From contig JBGVGI010000003.1 in assembly GCA_045121595.1 (NCBI GenBank), positions 63,610-127,609 of the forward strand: DNA of 64,000 nucleotides, given 5' to 3'. Made by a program: the position numbers and the translations under genes. Shown one piece after another: positions 61,908 through 64,000 of the stretch. The notes beneath the pieces were generated by a model. It was not told the DNA's origin. It saw only the letters and a program-made list of their open reading frames with translations, and searched no databases. The number at the start of each line of letters is the position of its first letter. Within the stretch, counting starts at the first letter, position 1. This DNA comes from Oscillospiraceae bacterium (GTDB lineage: Bacteria; Bacillota; Clostridia; Oscillospirales; Ruminococcaceae).

Positions 61908-63185
61908 TCATATCTCCACGTTTACTATATTCATCTTGCTTTTAAGCTTTTGTATATCGGAATAAAGAAGTACTTCCTTCTCCATGAGGCTTTTGGCAAC
62001 TTCCTCAAGAAATTCTCTGTTTTTAAGCAGGATATCCTTTGCCTTTAACATATATCGTTCGAGTTCTGCATGAACCAAAGCTTCGTTTCTTGCGTTCATA
62101 TTTTCCGACATCTTGATATGCCACATCGCAACGTCAACTCCACCAAGTCCACAGGTAGCATTTTCCATAATGCCTTCACGTATTCTGCCGAACGCCCTTG
62201 ATATATCCGACTGGCACCCACTCGCGCAGGCTTCGGAATAATACAGTTCAACAGCTGCTTTTCCACCTAAGGACACCAGGATTTCCTGAGACCTTCTTGT
62301 CAGGTCTTTGCATCTGCGCATAAATCCGCCCGAATGTGTTCCGCCCCTCTTTCTGAGCGACACAATACCCACACTTCCGGGACACAATACTTCGCTGATA
62401 ACAGCGTGTCCAGCCTCATGTAATGCCATTTTCTCGGCGTCTTCCTTTGGAATTTCAGCGAAACTGTCAGGGGCTTCATACTCACTTCTGATAACAGCGT
62501 TTACTATATCTTCGATGGCAATTTTTTCCTTTCTTTCGTATGCTGCGGAAATCGCCGCCTCATTAAGAATGGTTTCGAGTTCAGCACAGGAGCTGTAGCT
62601 TATCATCTTTGCAACATCATCAATATTGAGGTCATCGGCAATTTCTTTATCTTTAAGATAATACTTTACAATCTCAGAAGCATCGGACCGCGATGGAGCA
62701 CTGACCTCGATTTTTCTGTCAAAACGTCCCAGACGGATGAGCGAATCGGGGAGTTTGTCTATATCGTTTGCGGTGCCTATAACAAAAACCTCGCTGTCCT
62801 TTACTTCGTCAATTCCCGCCTGAACAGCAACGTATTCTTCAGCATCCCTGCAGTTAAAGTCCTCGTTTGCAAACTTATCCATATCGTCAAGAAATACGAT
62901 ACATGGCGCATTTGCTTTCGCTCTGTGAAAAGTGCTGGTGATATCACCGATAAAATAATTTGTTGCTTTTTTGCGCCTTATCGTATAGGTTGTAAGCCCG
63001 CTTTCTTCGATAAAGCACTTCGCGAGCAAAGTTTTGCCAAGTCCGGGTGCCCCGTGAAGCAAAATGCCTCGTGGGAACTTCGCCCCCAGTTTTTCGTAAA
63101 CTTCTTTGTTGTGAACCATATCACAAATCTGCATAAATTCTTTCTTTATTGCGTCATAACCGATTACCTTGTCAAATGCATTCAT
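61908..63185 (-). CDS. FtsH-like AAA+ ATPase / M41 metalloprotease lacking TM segments
   Basis: GAPGLGKT, FLDDMD, RLGRFDR, HEAGH, GCQSD; the protein begins directly at the AAA domain. Confidence 0.88.
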   Translation of the reverse strand: MNAFDKVIGYDAIKKEFMQICDMVHNKEVYEKLGAKFPRGILLHGAPGLGKTLLAKCFIEESGLTTYTIRRKKATNYFIGDITSTFHRAKANAPCIVFLDDMDKFANEDFNCRDAEEYVAVQAGIDEVKDSEVFVIGTANDIDKLPDSLIRLGRFDRKIEVSAPSRSDASEIVKYYLKDKEIADDLNIDDVAKMISYSSCAELETILNEAAISAAYERKEKIAIEDIVNAVIRSEYEAPDSFAEIPKEDAEKMALHEAGHAVISEVLCPGSVGIVSLRKRGGTHSGGFMRRCKDLTRRSQEILVSLGGKAAVELYYSEACASGCQSDISRAFGRIREGIMENATCGLGGVDVAMWHIKMSENMNARNEALVHAELERYMLKAKDILLKNREFLEEVAKSLMEKEVLLYSDIQKLKSKMNIVNVEI

Positions 63186-63197
63186 AATTTTTCCTCC

Positions 63198-63419
63198 TTA
63201 AATTATTAAAAGTATAAAAACTACCAACCCCAGAATTCCCAATCCTATGAGCCCGTCTTCAACACTGTCACTTTCATTTGTTTTACTGAGTGGAAACAGC
63301 GGTGTTTCGTTTAACTTCCTTTGCTGTTCGATCCTGTCGAGATTATTTGCAATAATCATCACGTCGAGCGGATCGAGACTCTTTGTAAGATCCACCTTCA
63401 AATCTTTTTCGTCAAACAT
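63198..63419 (-). CDS. Small protein with C-terminal TM helix (73 aa)
   Basis: GGAGG SD before ATG 63419; ends GLIGLGILGLVVFILLII. Confidence 0.6.
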   Translation of the reverse strand: MFDEKDLKVDLTKSLDPLDVMIIANNLDRIEQQRKLNETPLFPLSKTNESDSVEDGLIGLGILGLVVFILLII

Positions 63420-63575
63420 AAAATTTCCTCCATTCATTTTGTCCTGTATATATAAAATACCATTATCAATGGGACAAAAACGCCCCATCACTTATATCAA
63501 CCCCTTTTTTCGCCTTACAAAATTCCTCTTTTAAACTGTAAAAAAGCACAAACCGTTATGGTTTGTGCTTTTTTA

Positions 63576-64000
63576 TTACAGATATTCTCTTATATCAATG
63601 GCAAGTTTTTCTTCCAAGTTTGTAAGGCGTTTTGCGATGTCCTTTGAAACCTCGTCTGCCGCCTTATACTTATTCATATACTTGTTTAACGACTTGACCC
63701 CCATATTGCATCCGTCGGTCATAAGATCGGAAATCGTTTCGTCCGATTCGTTGAGAGCAAGTTTCACGTTTGTTTTCATCCACGACATTCCCTTAGCCAT
63801 GGGGTCAGGCTTTTTGCCGTCATCGTGGTATTTATTCAAAAGGCTTTCAATTTCACTTTCAAGTTTTTGATGCTCGTCTTTACATTTTATAAGCTTTCCC
63901 TTTAAATCCTGATTACTAACGTAATCAAGCACGTCGTCAATGGAAGAAACCCCCACCTTAACCCCCGCATCACATTCTCTCAAAAGCTTTACAGTATCTT
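63576..64000 (-). CDS. Conserved ferritin-like/helical hypothetical protein (5' end beyond the window)
   Basis: Frame stays open to the right edge (DTVKLLRECDAG...); MTDGCNMGVKSLNKYMNKY motif. Confidence 0.7.
   Translation of the reverse strand, partial: DTVKLLRECDAGVKVGVSSIDDVLDYVSNQDLKGKLIKCKDEHQKLESEIESLLNKYHDDGKKPDPMAKGMSWMKTNVKLALNESDETISDLMTDGCNMGVKSLNKYMNKYKAADEVSKDIAKRLTNLEEKLAIDIREYL

Overview
Chromosomal segment of a low-GC Bacillota/Clostridia (Oscillospiraceae-like) bacterium, almost entirely minus-strand. The core block holds rpoB-rpoC, rpsL-rpsG-fusA-tuf, a T-box-controlled ileS-fhs-rodA-rsmD-coaD run, a TPP riboswitch with thiT, gap and ilvD. Accessory regions are interleaved: two AraC-flanked oxidoreductase modules (one with an AroD-like TIM barrel), tandem sugar isomerases, two secreted BspA-LRR/dockerin proteins, a RAYT transposase carrying its own REPs inside its ORF with a matching REP array nearby, and a GH127-like enzyme. 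Best candidates for undescribed biology: (1) a tightly coupled operon amidohydrolase-Gfo-DegT aminotransferase-Gfo-AraC-nagB-nagA-uxuA-uxuB(SDR) with no uxaC, which fits catabolism of an N-acetylhexosaminuronic acid; (2) a WYL regulator-UDG-like glycosylase-YPRGRV protein operon behind a transmembrane-less FtsH paralog, a possible anti-phage or DNA-stress module; (3) a promoter-to-terminator structured RNA of about 165 nt in front of a 45-aa ORF; (4) the RAYT with a REPIN-like doublet around its own catalytic motif. All functional calls come from motif recognition by eye; no database searches or folding calculations were run.
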